Source: a virus | Taxonomy: Duplodnaviria; Caudoviricetes | Reading direction: 5' to 3' (one strand) | IMG/VR virus record: IMGVR_UViG_3300023256_000002 | Span: 6,807 to 70,806 of that record | DNA length: 64,000 nucleotides | Notes under the pieces: generated by a model | The model's database searches: none | What the model saw: the letters and a program-made list of their open reading frames with translations, nothing else | What the model was told of the DNA's origin: nothing | Program-made: the position numbers and the translations under genes | Shown: positions 33,591-47,400 of the stretch, piece after piece | How positions within the stretch are numbered: position 1 is the first letter of the stretch | How the letters are laid out: each line of letters opens with the position of its first letter

Positions 33591-34364
33591 TTAATCTACC
33601 AAGCTATCGAAATCGTCCATTACAGAATCTAAATCATCATCAGTTGAATCTTCGATGTCTTCTAATTCTGGTGTTGAAGTTGCTTCATCTACGCTTTCCT
33701 CTTCGGCTGTTGGGCCATTCAAGTAAAGACCGAGTTCTTTCTTAAGTTCATCATAAGTAGAAACTACATAAACTTGTGTGATTTCTATTTGGTCATTTAA
33801 AAACTTTTTAAGTTCTTTTGCTTCTGATGTAAGTTTAGTTTGTGAAGGACTAACTCTAATAGTTGTTTCTGGGTAATCCTTTTTTAGTTCTTTTGCAGTT
33901 TTGAACTCAACGGTAATATCTCTTCCTGCGTTAGGGTGCGTGATGTCGCCCCATTCTGGGTCTGAAATTAATTTTAACAATGCTTCGTAAATTTTAATTC
34001 CGAATCCCCAATATTTAACGCCTTCTTCTTCTTCGCCTCTTACTATAATTGGAACATAAGTTCTCAATTTGGGTTCAAGGGCTCTTGCATTTTTCCAATC
34101 GTCGCTCTCGCCTGTTGACTTAAGTTTTTCAGCGAATTCTTGAATTGGGTCCGGATCTCCGAATGAAAATGGTGATACATAGTTTTTGTTATTAAAACCA
34201 TAATGCCAATACAACTCAATGAAAGGGTTCTCTCTATTGAATTTGTAAGGTACGATTCTAATACGTGTTTCTCCTGAGGTAGGTTTCCAGATGTTTGATT
34301 GTACGTTGCGTTTGGATTGTAATTGATTAAGCCTTTTCTTTAAAAAATCAGTGTTAATTCCCAT
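33591..34364 (-). CDS. Single-stranded DNA-binding protein (gp32-like)
   Basis: WKP..G..RIRIVP, DPIQEF, WGFG, GRDI, acidic C-terminal tail. Confidence 0.85.
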   Translation of the reverse strand: MGINTDFLKKRLNQLQSKRNVQSNIWKPTSGETRIRIVPYKFNRENPFIELYWHYGFNNKNYVSPFSFGDPDPIQEFAEKLKSTGESDDWKNARALEPKLRTYVPIIVRGEEEEGVKYWGFGIKIYEALLKLISDPEWGDITHPNAGRDITVEFKTAKELKKDYPETTIRVSPSQTKLTSEAKELKKFLNDQIEITQVYVVSTYDELKKELGLYLNGPTAEEESVDEATSTPELEDIEDSTDDDLDSVMDDFDSLVD

Positions 34365-34556
34365 TTTTTTTCTCCTTTTTTCTTTTGTTTTTTTATTTTT
34401 TGTCATTTACCATTCATTACTTTTGTAACTATGTAACCTTGACTATAATATATATAGCTCTGAATCTCTTTGCGTCGTTTTTTCTTGTTATTTTTGTATT
34501 TTTATTTACTTCGTTAAACTTTTGCATATCAATAAAATAACCTTGTTTATGGTTCT

Positions 34557-34883
34557 CTATTTTTTTGGCGTTCCATATTCCGCCGAATGTTGTGTCTTTT
34601 GCGCAATTGCTATAATTGTTCATAAATCATTATGTATACTAAGCCATAATGCTTTGTCATCTTTGTTTTTCTCTAACTTTTTGATGTCACTATTAAGCGT
34701 CTTAACTCATTTGTTTAAGCCAGTATTGCCAGCATTAACATTGCTAATTATATTAGGTTTAGAGTTAGCACCAGTATTGGGTAATCATTTGACTCCCGAA
34801 GCTTTTAGCTGAGTAGGAAGCTTAGACTGGAATTTCTCTTCGCTCATAATGTTTCTAATTTCATTTAATTCTGATTTTTTCAT
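34557..34883 (-). CDS. Hypothetical protein (code 4, 108 aa)
   Basis: AAGGAG RBS; MKKSELNEIR...; 3 TGA; TAG stop. Confidence 0.5.
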
Positions 34884-34897
34884 TTTGTGTTCTCCTT

Positions 34898-35224
34898 TTA
34901 TTTGTTTAAAGCTTTGCGTATTAATAAGATAAGTTTCTTTCTATTTTTCTTTAACCACTTATCAACATTGGTGTCTTCTGGCAATGAATCGCCAACATCA
35001 TCATAAATATCTTCTATAAAGTTATCAAGGCTATCTTCGATAAATTCAATTTGCGTTTTGCTATCGCCATCCATAAATTCGGTCATGTCAATTTCAAGTC
35101 ATAACCCAACCGTATTAAAAGCATCTTCTGCTAAATCTTTTAATAAGCTACTTTCGCTATATCCTTCGGACAACATTTTACTTCTATATTCTTTTAATAA
35201 TTTCTTAAAACTGTTATTGTTCAT
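34898..35224 (-). CDS. Hypothetical protein (code 4, 108 aa)
   Basis: AGGAG RBS; one TGA joins it to track ORF 34898-35086. Confidence 0.55.
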
Positions 35225-35360
35225 TTTATTTTCTCCTAATAAATATACTTATTTATTTGTTTTGTTTTTATTTTCATTGCATCAAGCAATATTAATATTT
35301 CGGCCAAACATTTGGTCTTGCCGCCGCCACATATACTTGCGCCATTATATATCCTAAATA

Positions 35361-35600
35361 TTACGAAACAACTTTAGAGAAATCAATCTTGGTTGTTAAA
35401 TCAAGAATTTGAATTCTTGTTTTTTTTGCACCATATTTTGTAGACAATATTTTGGCAACTTTTTTGGCTTCGCCTTCGCTTTTAGCTTTTGTATAAAGAA
35501 CTTCCTCATCAGTTTTCCCATGTGGAACGCCTCAAACAATATATTCTTTATTTGTATTTAATTCTTCTCTTATCATTGCTCTTATTTCTGATTTTTTCAT
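35361..35600 (-). CDS. Hypothetical protein (code 4, 79 aa)
   Basis: MKKSEIRAMIREEL...EYIV[TGA]GVPHGKTDEEVL. Confidence 0.55.
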
Positions 35601-35611
35601 TAACTTTCTCC

Positions 35612-36019
35612 TTAATCGAACTTAAAAGTTTTGTATAATTTTGTTTCAATTTTTAATAAGTCATTATCACGAATTAACAATAAAGTATTTCTATAATTTT
35701 CTCATGGTACAATGAAATCATGGCTAAATTTACCATCATTTAAAAGTCAAATCAAAGAGTTTAAGCTGTTAATTGTATATAATGTGTTAGTCTTTCTTTT
35801 TCTATGTATTAATATTGTATTTGGATAGTTTGTGTTTCTATCTTCTACAACAATATTATAAATACAAAATAATTCATCTTCGTTTTCAATGTTTTGTATT
35901 GCAATAATCTTCTCATTAATCAAATTATATTGAGTTTTAATATCTTTAATATTTTGCTCTAAATATTTTGGTTTGCTAAATGTGCATAGCAGTTGATTTT
36001 TTACATATTGTTTGCTCAT
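35612..36019 (-). CDS. Conserved phage hypothetical protein (code 4, 135 aa)
   Basis: QLLCTF, TILIHRK, TNTLYTINSLN; two TGA, including P[W]ENY. Confidence 0.7.
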
Positions 36020-36041
36020 ATTATTTATTTCCTAATTATAT

Positions 36042-37946
36042 TTATTCTGGATTCTTTTGGTCTCTAATATCTTTAATTTTTTTAATAAAATCTTTATGCA
36101 ACTTAACGTCAAATAAAAAGCTACCACTGCCTCTTGGCTTTTGTCTTGTTTTGAGCGTAGCGATTGTAATTGGTTTGTCATTAACGTTGTCAGTCTTATA
36201 GATTAATATTGGCGTTGCTGGCAAGCCCCCTTTCGCTGGGCGCATTGCTGGGACAATATGTTTACGTAAAGTTGAAATATCATCGGTTCCAAGAATTTTC
36301 TTTAATGTTGGGCCGTCTATATAAATATCACCTAAAACAATAACTTCTTCATTGTCAGCTACAGAACTAAGTGGTAATTTTTCATCAATCATTTTTAGTG
36401 TTGCTTTCTTTGCTTCATCACCATCAACCATACTTGATATTATTTTAGTACGTGTATCTGTATAATTTTTTCTATCATTATCCATGAACACCTTAGAAGT
36501 TTTGTTTCCCGCTTTTGCCTTTACACTTATAGCCTGGTACACCGCATACGTGTCTGCATATACTTGTGGCTTATTGTTTTCATAATTCTCTAATATGGCT
36601 TGAACTCTTTTGGCTAATTTTGGAAATTTTGCAAGTTCCTTGTCTGTAAAAATATTATTTTTTATTGCTTTTACAACTTCGCTGTTTGTTTCATGTCTAT
36701 AATCTGTTGCCATTTTTGTTAAATCATGACCTTCGCCATATACTTGACTAATAGTCGAATTCAATAAAAAAGTTTCAGTATCTTTTTTTAATGAAACTTC
36801 TAAAAGTTCCTCATCACCGTTTGCGTCCTTTACTTTAAGATATATATCTGTACTATAACCTTTGTTATCTTTGTATTTTTGCCCACCTATTAATTTAAAA
36901 TCTTTTTCTGTATCTCAAACGGCAGTCATAACCTTAGCACCTTCGCCATATTTGTCTGCAATAACTCTTTCAATTGATTCCGCTGACTTTGTAGCCGCAT
37001 CAATCCAGCTCAATTTAACAATTGAATTTTTATCTTTTTTATTTTCAGGTAAATCTTTGCCTTGCCCTGCTATATAAGCTTCTATTGTTTTAGCAAATTC
37101 TGACCAATCTTCTCTTGGCTTGAATGCTACTGCGACCATTGTTAATATCTCTCCAGCTTGAGAATTAATAGTCCCAGCACCAGCACTTTCTCCAGTAAAA
37201 GCACTAATTCCTCCAGTTTCTTTAGAAGGTGTAACGCTCATTATACGTTCTAATAACTTTCTATATTTTGTTGGAATATTTGCTTGAAATTTTTCTGCAT
37301 CAATTTTAAATGGTGGTTCTTTTATCGCTACTCCGGCCTTTTTCATATTTTTAACAAAATCATCATCACTAATTGCCAAATCTTCGTTCCAAACTTTATC
37401 ACTTGTTGGGTCGCCTGGCGTTAATGTTTTTGTTTTCCCTTTAATTACTACTTCTTTAGGTTTCTTAGGTTCTTTTATATTTGTGTTGCCATTAGCTTGC
37501 TTATCGTCAGGAGTGTCTGACTTCCCATCGCTATTAGGGTCCGTTGACGTTCCGGCCTTTGGCTCTATTTTCTCTGGTTCCTTCCCCTTTTCGGCATTTT
37601 TTTGGTCTACTTCGCTTCAATCTTCCAAAGTTTCACCATCAGCAGAATTTTTTGCAACCACTTTGCCATTCTCTTTATCCAATCACACATCGCCACCTTT
37701 ATAAACGTATTTTAATTTTTTTGCTTTTTTTGTGGCGGGCGAATCTTCTTCTTCAGTCAATTGATTTGGGGTTTTTTGTAATTGAAGTACTAATTCGTTT
37801 ATAAGGTAAAATGGAATGCCATCTTCTATTAGAATTTCTTCCAAAGCCAATATATGTTCGGCTTCACTTCAATCTATCAAAGCGTTATTTGTCTTTATGA
37901 TAACTCTTTCAGTTATACTTTCTATATATTCAGATACATTGTCCAT
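36042..37946 (-). CDS. Large hypothetical protein (code 4, 634 aa)
   Basis: Single frame open through four TGA; Lys/Pro/Glu-rich linker; STDIY and EVSLKK in the C-terminal part. Confidence 0.6.
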
Positions 37947-38012
37947 AATTCTATTCCCTTATTATATTTTCACTTACAATAATAAATATCAAAGTTTCAA
38001 AATTTTATCTTT

Positions 38013-39338
38013 TTATTTAATGACTTTATAATTTTTGCCATGTTTAATTTTAACTGGGAATCTATCATCTTCTGTTAAAATATCTCTTATTGCTTTTATA
38101 AGTTCTTTGCCATCGCTAACATGATAGTCAATTAAAAATGAGTCATAAGTATACAACACTAAACAACTTTTGTAATTCTCAAGTAATTCATTCACTTTTA
38201 TCATTAAGGGAATATTTCTCTTTGTTTCATAGTTCTGAACAAAATAATTAAACAACTTTTGTTTGTTATCTATAACTGAAGTTTTTCTTTCAATTACTGG
38301 AATAACATCTTTATTTGAGTAATGTTCTATCCATATTACATTAATAAATTCTTTTAATTGTTTGTAAAATTCAATATGCTCATACTCTTTACTAATATGG
38401 CCATACATCTGTTTGAATGTAATACCTTTTGATTTGTCAATCATTTTTTGTGTTGGGGCTTTAACATTAAAATATTGTGATGCCATATACTCATGCCCCG
38501 TTAGCCCATCTGGGAATTCATATCCAATAATATCAGCAATCAAATATAAATGGCAGGCAACATAATCAAGTTCAACTAAAGTTCCACTTTTGCCAAATCT
38601 ACTAATAAAACATTCTCTGCTTTCGTCTGATTTGTTTAGTGCCGCATAATTGATTCCGCCAAAAGCATTTGAAGGCCTTCCTGTGATAGTGTTAAAATTA
38701 TACTTCGTATAAACTTTGTTGTCTGTAATATGTTTTGCGACATTGTACCCAAAGCTACGCATTAATTTATCTTTATCTACATACAATCCATTAGACTCAA
38801 GCTTGCTAAACGCTATTGACGCATCTTCATTATAAAATTGAAATTCTCTACTATCGGTATGTTTGTTAATCATTGGTATAAATTTATTAACCAAGTTTGT
38901 ACACATTTCGAGGTGCTTAACAATTGGAACTAATCGATTGTTTGATTTATATGTCTCATATTGTTTGTAAAAAAAGTGATGCGCTTTCGTTAAAAGTTTT
39001 TCAATATTTATGTTTCTGTTTATCCTGAGGTACTGCATAAGTGAAATATCAACCAGACCTTCAAATTCATATATCTGGAGCATCTCCTTTTTATCATAGA
39101 CGTATTTTATATTATTTATGTTCAATGCTTTCAAATCGTTTAATTTTAAGTGTGATTTTGTATCAATATGAGTAAAGGATAAAATGTATTCATTTTTTGT
39201 TTTGAGTTCATACACATACAATACGCAAAGTGGATTAATACTTGCGTGTTCAACATTATTGTTAAGAATTGGTATTACAATAATATCGTTCTCTAACTCA
39301 ATATCGTTTAATTGTTTTGTAGTATGAATAATTTGCAT
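38013..39338 (-). CDS. Family A DNA polymerase-like protein
   Basis: TGRPSN, motif A LVELDY, motif B K..TFKQMYG, NYFVQ, motif C LYTYDS. Confidence 0.75.
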   Translation of the reverse strand: MQIIHTTKQLNDIELENDIIVIPILNNNVEHASINPLCVLYVYELKTKNEYILSFTHIDTKSHLKLNDLKALNINNIKYVYDKKEMLQIYEFEGLVDISLMQYLRINRNINIEKLLTKAHHFFYKQYETYKSNNRLVPIVKHLEMCTNLVNKFIPMINKHTDSREFQFYNEDASIAFSKLESNGLYVDKDKLMRSFGYNVAKHITDNKVYTKYNFNTITGRPSNAFGGINYAALNKSDESRECFISRFGKSGTLVELDYVACHLYLIADIIGYEFPDGLTGHEYMASQYFNVKAPTQKMIDKSKGITFKQMYGHISKEYEHIEFYKQLKEFINVIWIEHYSNKDVIPVIERKTSVIDNKQKLFNYFVQNYETKRNIPLMIKVNELLENYKSCLVLYTYDSFLIDYHVSDGKELIKAIRDILTEDDRFPVKIKHGKNYKVIK

Positions 39339-39389
39339 CTATAACCTCTTATTATATTTTCTATAAATATATGCTTTTTTGCCGAAACG

Positions 39390-39917
39390 TTAAATTATAT
39401 CTGTACGTTGTAAATTATATAACTCTATTGTGTTGTTTAACTTTGAACTAATTTTTGGCATTGTTTTTGATATTCTATTAATTTCATCTAAATTTTTACT
39501 TGAAACTTTTGCGATATCTCCAGCAACCATTCATTTTAATTTAATCGCTCTATAAAACCCTTTATCAATTTCGCTAAATTGGTCGCCTTTAATTTCTATT
39601 ATACGAGCATTCAAATCGTTTCATTGTTGTGCAAAATATCTATATATAAATTCTTTCTTAATATTGGCCTCAGTAATAGTTGGGTAGAAATCCTTTGCAT
39701 AATTTATTTCCCTTTGTGAAAATGTACTTTCAAGTTTATCGTAATCTTCATCGCCAACTCTATACCCAATACTCTCTATATTAATTAATGTTAAGAGTTT
39801 TGAAACACCAAAAATATATGAGTCGCCTGTATAATAATTATCATCAGGACCCTTACTATATATTCCAATATAAGGTAAGTCGTTTAATAAAAATTTATTT
39901 CCGTTAGTATGTCCCAT
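39390..39917 (-). CDS. Hypothetical virion/baseplate-region protein (code 4, 175 aa)
   Basis: Open through two TGA; YRYFAQQ[W]N, KLK[W]MVAG. Confidence 0.55.
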
Positions 39918-39919
39918 TA

Positions 39920-42088
39920 TTATTCCCTATGTCTGGATGGTCTTGAACCGTTTACCGGAATATAATTTCAATAATTCAATTTAATCTTGTCTTTAGTTTC
40001 ATTTGTTGTATTTTTGATTGGTGTAACTCTAAATTGAGTTCCGAGAGTTGTTGTTCAACCGTCTCTACCTATATTATGCGAAATGCTTGTGATGATAAAC
40101 CCAGAATTATTTTTATATCTTTCTGGCAAATAATCAATTGCTATTACATTGCCATATTCCAACCCTTCAATGCCATCTATTGTTAATGATAAGTCTAATG
40201 GAATTAATAGTGCGCTTGTATATCCAGCAGTGTTATCTTCGGAAAGTCCTCACTGGGTTGCGATATACGCCCAATATTTTGAATCAATTTTAACATTTGT
40301 GAAATATTTTCCCTTTTTAGTAAATTTGATAGCTTTTTCGTTCTCTTCGTTTGCCGTGGATTTTTTTATTGTTCCAGGATATCTTGTTATGCCTCCAAAT
40401 CCTTTGTTATAGTCATCTCTTATATTGCCATATAAAGTTCCAAAACCAGATTTGGTTTTGGAGTTTTGATTACCAACTCCACTATACGCCGCCGCATTTT
40501 TCATTTGGTCGGGCAAAGCCGATGCAACGGTAACACTTTGTGCCATTGAATATTGCCCAACTGCTGGAAATTTATATGTATCATTTACTTCGTCAATTTC
40601 TGTTGGATCAAAATTTTTATCTACTATCCTTACGAATCCAGCATCATCATTTTCAAGCTTTAATTCTCAAAATCCATTTGAGAACTCATTTAATTGTGCT
40701 AAAATATTTTTTACCGCATCTGCATATGTATTCGAATTCTCAAAAGCAGTTTTGACCACCTCCAAATTAACCAATATACGATCGACGGGTTCTGCAATTC
40801 ACCCAGTACTATCAACTCCAGCATATCCTTTTCAGGTTTTTACGCCAATCTTTCCCCAATATCCACTTGTCTTGTCCGCCAACTTAAGTGTTGGGTTCAT
40901 TCTTTCTCTTGGTATTATAAATATATCTCTGTCTAATGACCTAAGAATTGGCGAATCTGTTCTATTGCCTATAAGAACTGGAAGTTCAGTAGTTTTATTG
41001 TATGATCCTCCACTAGTAAGCACTTCCTTTTTTGTAAATCATTTATTCTTGAAAACTTCGCCATTATAACCAGCATCATCAGAATAAAATATATTAATTA
41101 AATTAAATATGAATTGAATAGATAAATAATGTTTCTGATCGTATTGTATTGCTTCGCCTTTATACTCTGTGTCAAGAAACAATGGTTTCAATTTATCCCC
41201 AAAGTTAGTTCGATAATCTTCGTAGGTTGCACTTGAATCTAATTCTACCAAATAATCATTATTACCAATACCCTCAAGTACATCGGTAATCGTTCTTGCA
41301 TCTTCATCATCAAAAAGGGTTTTTGAATTTTCTTTTATATTTTCAAATGGCTCAATATACCCTCTCGAAACTATCTCCGTTGAGCATGCAATACTTCCAT
41401 CATCTTGTATGTTTCAACTAAATTTTCCAATCACGCCGAGAAGCGCTCCGTAATTTCCGCCAGAACTTCGTATTTTTTTCTTAATGGTTTCAGATTTATA
41501 TAGTTCGCTTTTATTTTCAAATGTTTCTGCTTCAACCGAACTTTCTGTTGTATTTCATCCTCATTGTACGACGATAGACGCACCTGGCGACATATATAAT
41601 TTTTCCATATCTTCTAATTGTTGAAATGTATAACATGTAAATTCAATTGTTGATTTTCTAACTGCACCTTTATCATCAAGATTTTCAACGGTCAATCCTT
41701 CCAAAGTAGGTACTGGCCTTAATGCATATGGGTCCGATAAATCATTTTTATATATTTCATCAAACGTTTCTCTATCTTTCCCTCCGATTGAAAGCAATCC
41801 TCTAAATGTGTTTTGTTTGGCAAGTTTTCCCCCATCGTAATCACTTTCTTGGTCTCTTCAGCGTTTTGTTTTGCCATTTATATTACCTTCAAGTATCAAT
41901 GTAATTTCTGGACTTTGTTTTCTTTCTAAAACATTTGAATATACAGTAATCCAAGGCGTTTTCGCATTCCATTGTTGATAATCATTATCACTTAATCCTT
42001 CTCCGAAATTATAACTTAAATATTTTTTTCTTTTGTTTAATTCTTCTTCAATTTCAGGTTGAATTTTTTTTACTCATAATTGTGGCAT
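39920..42088 (-). CDS. Putative baseplate hub/tail protein (code 4, 722 aa)
   Basis: Joins four track fragments; VQ[W]G[W], FS[W]..DG, IPLDLSLTIDGI...DYLPERY...SH...[W]TTTL. Confidence 0.7.
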
Positions 42089-42089
42089 A

Positions 42090-42362
42090 TTAACCTCTTA
42101 ATGTTTTAATTATATCAATATAATCAGTTGGTATTCTTATTGTTTGCTCTGTGCTTATATAATATGAATCGCCAGGCAATCCATTTGCTTTCGCTATAAT
42201 CCATCATAAAGTACTATCACTATAATATTGCCCTGCAAATAAATCAAGTCTATCTCCATATTTAACTTCTATTACAATATCATCTTCACGTGGTTCTATC
42301 TTGGGATATTTTGTAGTGGAATATTTACTATTTTTTTGATTTGTGTATCTATATCTATTCAT
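42090..42362 (-). CDS. LysM-like baseplate protein (gpX/gp53-like; code 4, 90 aa)
   Basis: GDRLDLFA..YY.DSTL[TGA]WIIA.AN...IRIP. Confidence 0.8.
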
Positions 42363-42377
42363 TATTAATTACCTCCA

Positions 42378-44456
42378 TTAACCTCTAGTAACTTTTGGGA
42401 ATCAAGTTTCTGGTGCGCCAAATATATGTTGAGAAGTCGAATGTAATAGTTTATTTGGTATAATTGTAAAATCAATAGTTAATTCAAAACCCATTGGCAA
42501 TTGTATATTATAATCGAGTGGGGCTACGCCATCTGGAAAGCCATCATCGGCAGTATATCCTCCAAGCTCCCATGGGAAATCATCTGGATAAGTAATTGTA
42601 AGAGAGTTAATATATCCGTATGTATCCTTCAAAAAACTACCAAGTGTCAATTTAATAAATGGAGCAATCATTTTTGGATTTTCTTCGCTTGTCTTATGTG
42701 GGTATTGTAATCCAATTAAATAATTTAATTTTCTCCATAATGGTTTCATTTCTGCTAATGAATATGCCATTGCTTTCAAACTAAAGTTAAAGTTTCTACT
42801 TACGCCTGTATAGATATGTACTTTATCTTGTCTGCCAACATAACTTTTTTCTGACCATTCTGCTTTAGGAGAGTCAACAATTGAAGTAATTAAACTTCTG
42901 AATATTATATATTTATCATTATAAATATCATGAATTTTAAATGGTATAACATCCTTTAGACCGCTTTTCATAAGGCCAGTCTTTTTATCTATATCTGGGT
43001 CGTCATAATCAAGCATATTAATTTTATCAACAGCATCTCTTCAATCATTACCCTCAACTTTACTTACATCGCCACCTTCGCCAAACATACTCCCCATTTT
43101 ACGAATATCTAAATCTTTTTGATATTGCGAATAACCAAAATTAGTATATGATAATCTACTGCCCGAAGTAATTTGCCTAATACTTTTAACATTTTTGGCA
43201 CCATCTGGATGTATAAAATCTATGGCACTATATTTTTTTAATTCACCTCTTGCTACTTGCCCTATCTGTTCGTAATCATATGCAAAATATTTATGTGCAG
43301 TCGTTGTCGCTACATCCTTTGCATCTGGTCAATCTTTTTTAAAATCTGTGAATTCTGGAGCAAGTGATGATGCATCATAAAGTTGAATTCAATCTGTCAA
43401 GAAACTTCCCCCACCAGGAGCTTTCGCCCTCGGACTTGTTAGCTCAGGATTTTCATTTTTTCTTGTGATGTATGGAGAACCATCATCTCGGACATAAATT
43501 TTCGGAAATTGAGTTTTAGTAAGATTATCTTTACTATAAGACCAAGGATTTATAAATGCTTGCGAACCTTCATTATAAAATAAATTTTTAGCGTTATACT
43601 TGGACGTATTGTTTGAACTTAATTCTGTTGAAATCCCCCCATCTTCTATATATCTTTCAAATAAAGTTCTGTCGTCCGTTTTAACTCCAAGTGCCGCTGT
43701 AACTGCCAAAACGGCTCTTGTGAACGCATTCGGTATTGGGGGAGTTACGGTATTTGGTTCTTTCTCAATTTTCTGTTCCATTCATTTGGTGTAATGATGG
43801 TTTCCTCATGGAAAGTCTCTTTTTATATCAATAAAGCTTGGAAGTTGATAATGAGGTGATAACCCACGCACTCTAAAGAGTGAAAATGGATTATATATTT
43901 TAGTACTTGTTCTTGCACTAAATGTTTGTAAGAATTGTTGATTTGCTAAAAACCAAAATCCGCCAGTCTCACCAAAGAAATTCTTACCAACTGGATTTAA
44001 ATATTTTGCCATCCATATTACATCTTTTGTCGCTCTATCAACAAAATCGCCAAGAGCTTCGCCAACTCCTCCGCCAGCACCAGTACCAAGAAATCCACCT
44101 TTTGGTACATCTATCTTTGGAATATACGGAGCACTTTGCCCACTCTTATATTCAGTTTCAATATTTTTTTCTATTGTATCAAGTCCTGTCAATGGTGGGG
44201 GTGCATTATACGTTGTGTCTTCTTGGTTCCCTATTTCAACCGTAAATGGTTTTTGAATATCTTCATTACTTGTATCGCCCAAATCTTTTACATATCTACT
44301 CACTATTGTTGCTGATTTCAAAAAAATAATATTGTTCTCGCCTAAAGTATCAAACAATCCACTTGTAAATATCTCTTCTGTTTGTGGACGTGTTGATGTT
44401 TCTTTTACTCCAAAGTTACCGTTTGAGAATTCAGTTTTTATATCAATAAATGCCAT
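42378..44456 (-). CDS. Tail-tube cap/initiator-like baseplate protein (code 4, 692 aa)
   Basis: Three track ORFs in one frame; DKINM, FRSLI..D...WSE..YVGR, KLNYL, APF..LTLG, PWE. Confidence 0.65.
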
Positions 44457-44468
44457 ATTTTCTTCCTA

Positions 44469-47400
44469 TTAATTTCCAGTTGTATTTGCTATTGCCCTAC
44501 TTACTTTTCTGCCATCCATGGTCATACCCTGCTGTACGTCCTTTCTTAACAATTTTATTTGATTAATTAACTCATCAAATTTTATTGACTGTTGTTTTGT
44601 TTCTGTTGCTGTTACTGTCGCTGGCCCATTTACTTTTGTAGGGTCAAACGCTGTTTCAATTTTATGAATTGTTTTTAATACTGGCTTTATATCATTAAGA
44701 CTATCATTTACTCCAGCCAATTCTTGCATTGACTGTGCAAGCATACTTAATGAGCTCGCTAAATAATTTACACCATCTGCATTTTTTGAAAGAACTCCTA
44801 AAGCTGTGCCAAACTTCATTAACGCACCACTTAAACTAATTAATGCCAAAATACCAGCTCCAAAAACTAAAGCGCCGACACCAGTTGCCATTATTGCACC
44901 AAGTTTTATTATAGCCCAAGAAAGTCCGCTCAATGCTTTGCCTGCTCCCTTAAGATTTTCTCATTTAACACCTTGTAATTTACTCATAGCAACACTAAAT
45001 GGAATCAATGCCAATCCCATAGCACCTAACGCTATTGACCCTGCTAAAATAAGAGGCATAATTGCACCAAGTCCAGATACTATAATGCCAAGACCTACTA
45101 TGCCTGCCCCTGCTATTGCAAGTGTTTTTCAGCTAGCGCCTTCCATTAAACCTAAAGCAAATGCAAATGGAATCAATGCCAATCCCATAGCACCTAACGC
45201 CAATGCTCCCGATAATATAAGAGGCATAATTGCACCAAGCCCTGCAACTACGAGCGCAAGTCCAACTAATCCTACGCCGGCAATCGCAAGTGTTTTTCAG
45301 CTAACACCTTCCATCAAACTTAAAGCAAATGCAAATGGAATCAATGCGGCGCCTATAAGTACCATTGCGGCCGCACCCCTAACAAGACTCTTCATGTCAA
45401 TCTTTTTTGATATTTTTGATATAGCCCAAATTGAAGCCATAAGCCCAACCATCATTACTCCTGCCGCAAGATATTGCGCTGGATCTGTTGGTAATGATGC
45501 TATTACTTTTCCAAACCCAAATATTGCAACTCCAATAATCAAAAGTGCTGTTGCTATCTTACCTAAAGTTTCTCATTTAACGCCATCTCAACTCTTTATT
45601 CACCCTGCAACTCCACCCTTACCACCAGATTTATCGACTTTAGTTACTTTGCTACCGACACCCTTCGTTGCTGGTGTCGTTTTTATATCTTTGCCTCTTG
45701 CGGCTGCACCAAGCTTTGACTTAGTTACGCCGGCGGTCTTTGATTGGGCTACAGTTTCAGCTTTTGATTGGGCTACAGTTTTAGCTTTTGCCTTGACTGC
45801 ATTAGCGGTCTGTGATTTGGCTTCTTTATTGGCAAGTTTTAGACTTTTTTTGGCTAATAAATCTTTTGCTTTCTTTCCGCCAAGTCCAATTCCTATTTGT
45901 TTATCAGAATATGATTTTTGTGCTTGTTTAAGCGCATTACCGCCAGGCATCAAAGCTCCAACTTTTCCTCAAAGATTTTTAACACCTGTCGTTAATCCCA
46001 TTCATACTTTTGTTTGCCCAATAATTTTATCAAGACCTAAGTTTTTTATAGTACCTACTAAAGAGCCCATCATAATAATATTGTCTTTGTTAATAAGCGA
46101 AAACCCGCCCTTCACTATTCCGCCTATTTCTTCTAAAAGCTTGCTATATTTTCCAGTTTCTTTTCCAAGTTTGTTTTGATTTATAATCATATCCTTTAAA
46201 CTACCAACCGATGTATTTAACATATCAGCCATTGATTGCCTTTGGTATGCATTCATTTGTAAGAACTCTTGTTCTGTACCTAATTGTGAAACTATATTTT
46301 TCAACGCACCTTCGTGGTCACCAGCAAATGCTAACATTCTTGCTTGCTCAAAATTAAAACTTCTACCTGTCATTACCGATGCCGTCATTTGCTTTTCAAT
46401 TGAACTTTCAAAATCCAATATACCTTCTGTCATTGCTAACGTATCTCCCATGGATAATCCCAATTGTCTTGATGATACAGAAAGTCCAATCATATTCTTG
46501 CCACTTGCGTCTAATCATTTTGCCATTGCTTCGGCATTACTTGATAAATCTTCAAATACTGCCGTTGGTGCAACTTTGCTCAAGTTAGCCATTTCTGCCA
46601 CTGATGAGCGCAATTCTTCATTTGTTTGTCCAGTTAATTTACCTATTTGTGAAAATTCTTTTGTTATTTTTGCCGCAGAACTCGCATCCATATCATAAAG
46701 TTTCATTAATTTAACGGCACCTTTAACATTTTCGTGAGTGGCATGTTCAATCGAACCCATTTCTTGAGTTATAGCTTTCGTTGCTTCTAAAACTTCTTTG
46801 GCCGACGCTCCATATTTCAAACTTGCTAAGGTAGCCGTACCCATACTTAATCCCATTTCACCTATTACATTTTCAACACTAATTCCAGTATTTAATATAT
46901 CACCAAATGATTTACCAAGCTCTATGGCTTTTTTTCCAACCTCATACCCAAATATACTTGCTGATAACGCAGGATTATTAAGCAATCCAGAAACTAAATC
47001 TTTAACATCTGTAACGCCCTTTTTCGTTTTGTCTCATCTTCCGGCCATTTCGCTTAATTGAGAATTTACATTTACTAAACTTTCTAAATTTTCCCCTGTC
47101 ATGTCAGATAATTTTTGATGTGCGATTTGGAAAGGTGCAATTATTCCTTCGGCATACTTACGTTGGCTTTCGCTCATTGATTCTAAATTTGTGCCCATTT
47201 GTTGAGCGTACTCCTCTAACAATGCGGCCTTGCTTCTGTCTATTACATTGCCAGCTTCAGCTTCGTCGTTTAACCTTTGTTGCATCTCATAAAGAATTTT
47301 CGCACCTTTGCCTTGATTAATTGCTTCTTCACTTGCGCCATTAGCATAAGAATCTTGTATTTTATTTAACAAAGCTTGTTTTGTTGACAAGTCCAATCCA

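Noticed and set aside
34429-34623. ATGA overlap at 34620-34623 as evidence that TGA is a real stop
   Set aside because: The upstream ORF already has two other TGA codons and continues to a TAG at 34557; the 64-aa ORF lacks an RBS at this start. Not fully excluded
44806-46179. 457-aa + strand ORF
   Set aside because: Antisense shadow of the tape measure gene; it mirrors that gene's repeats and has no independent motifs
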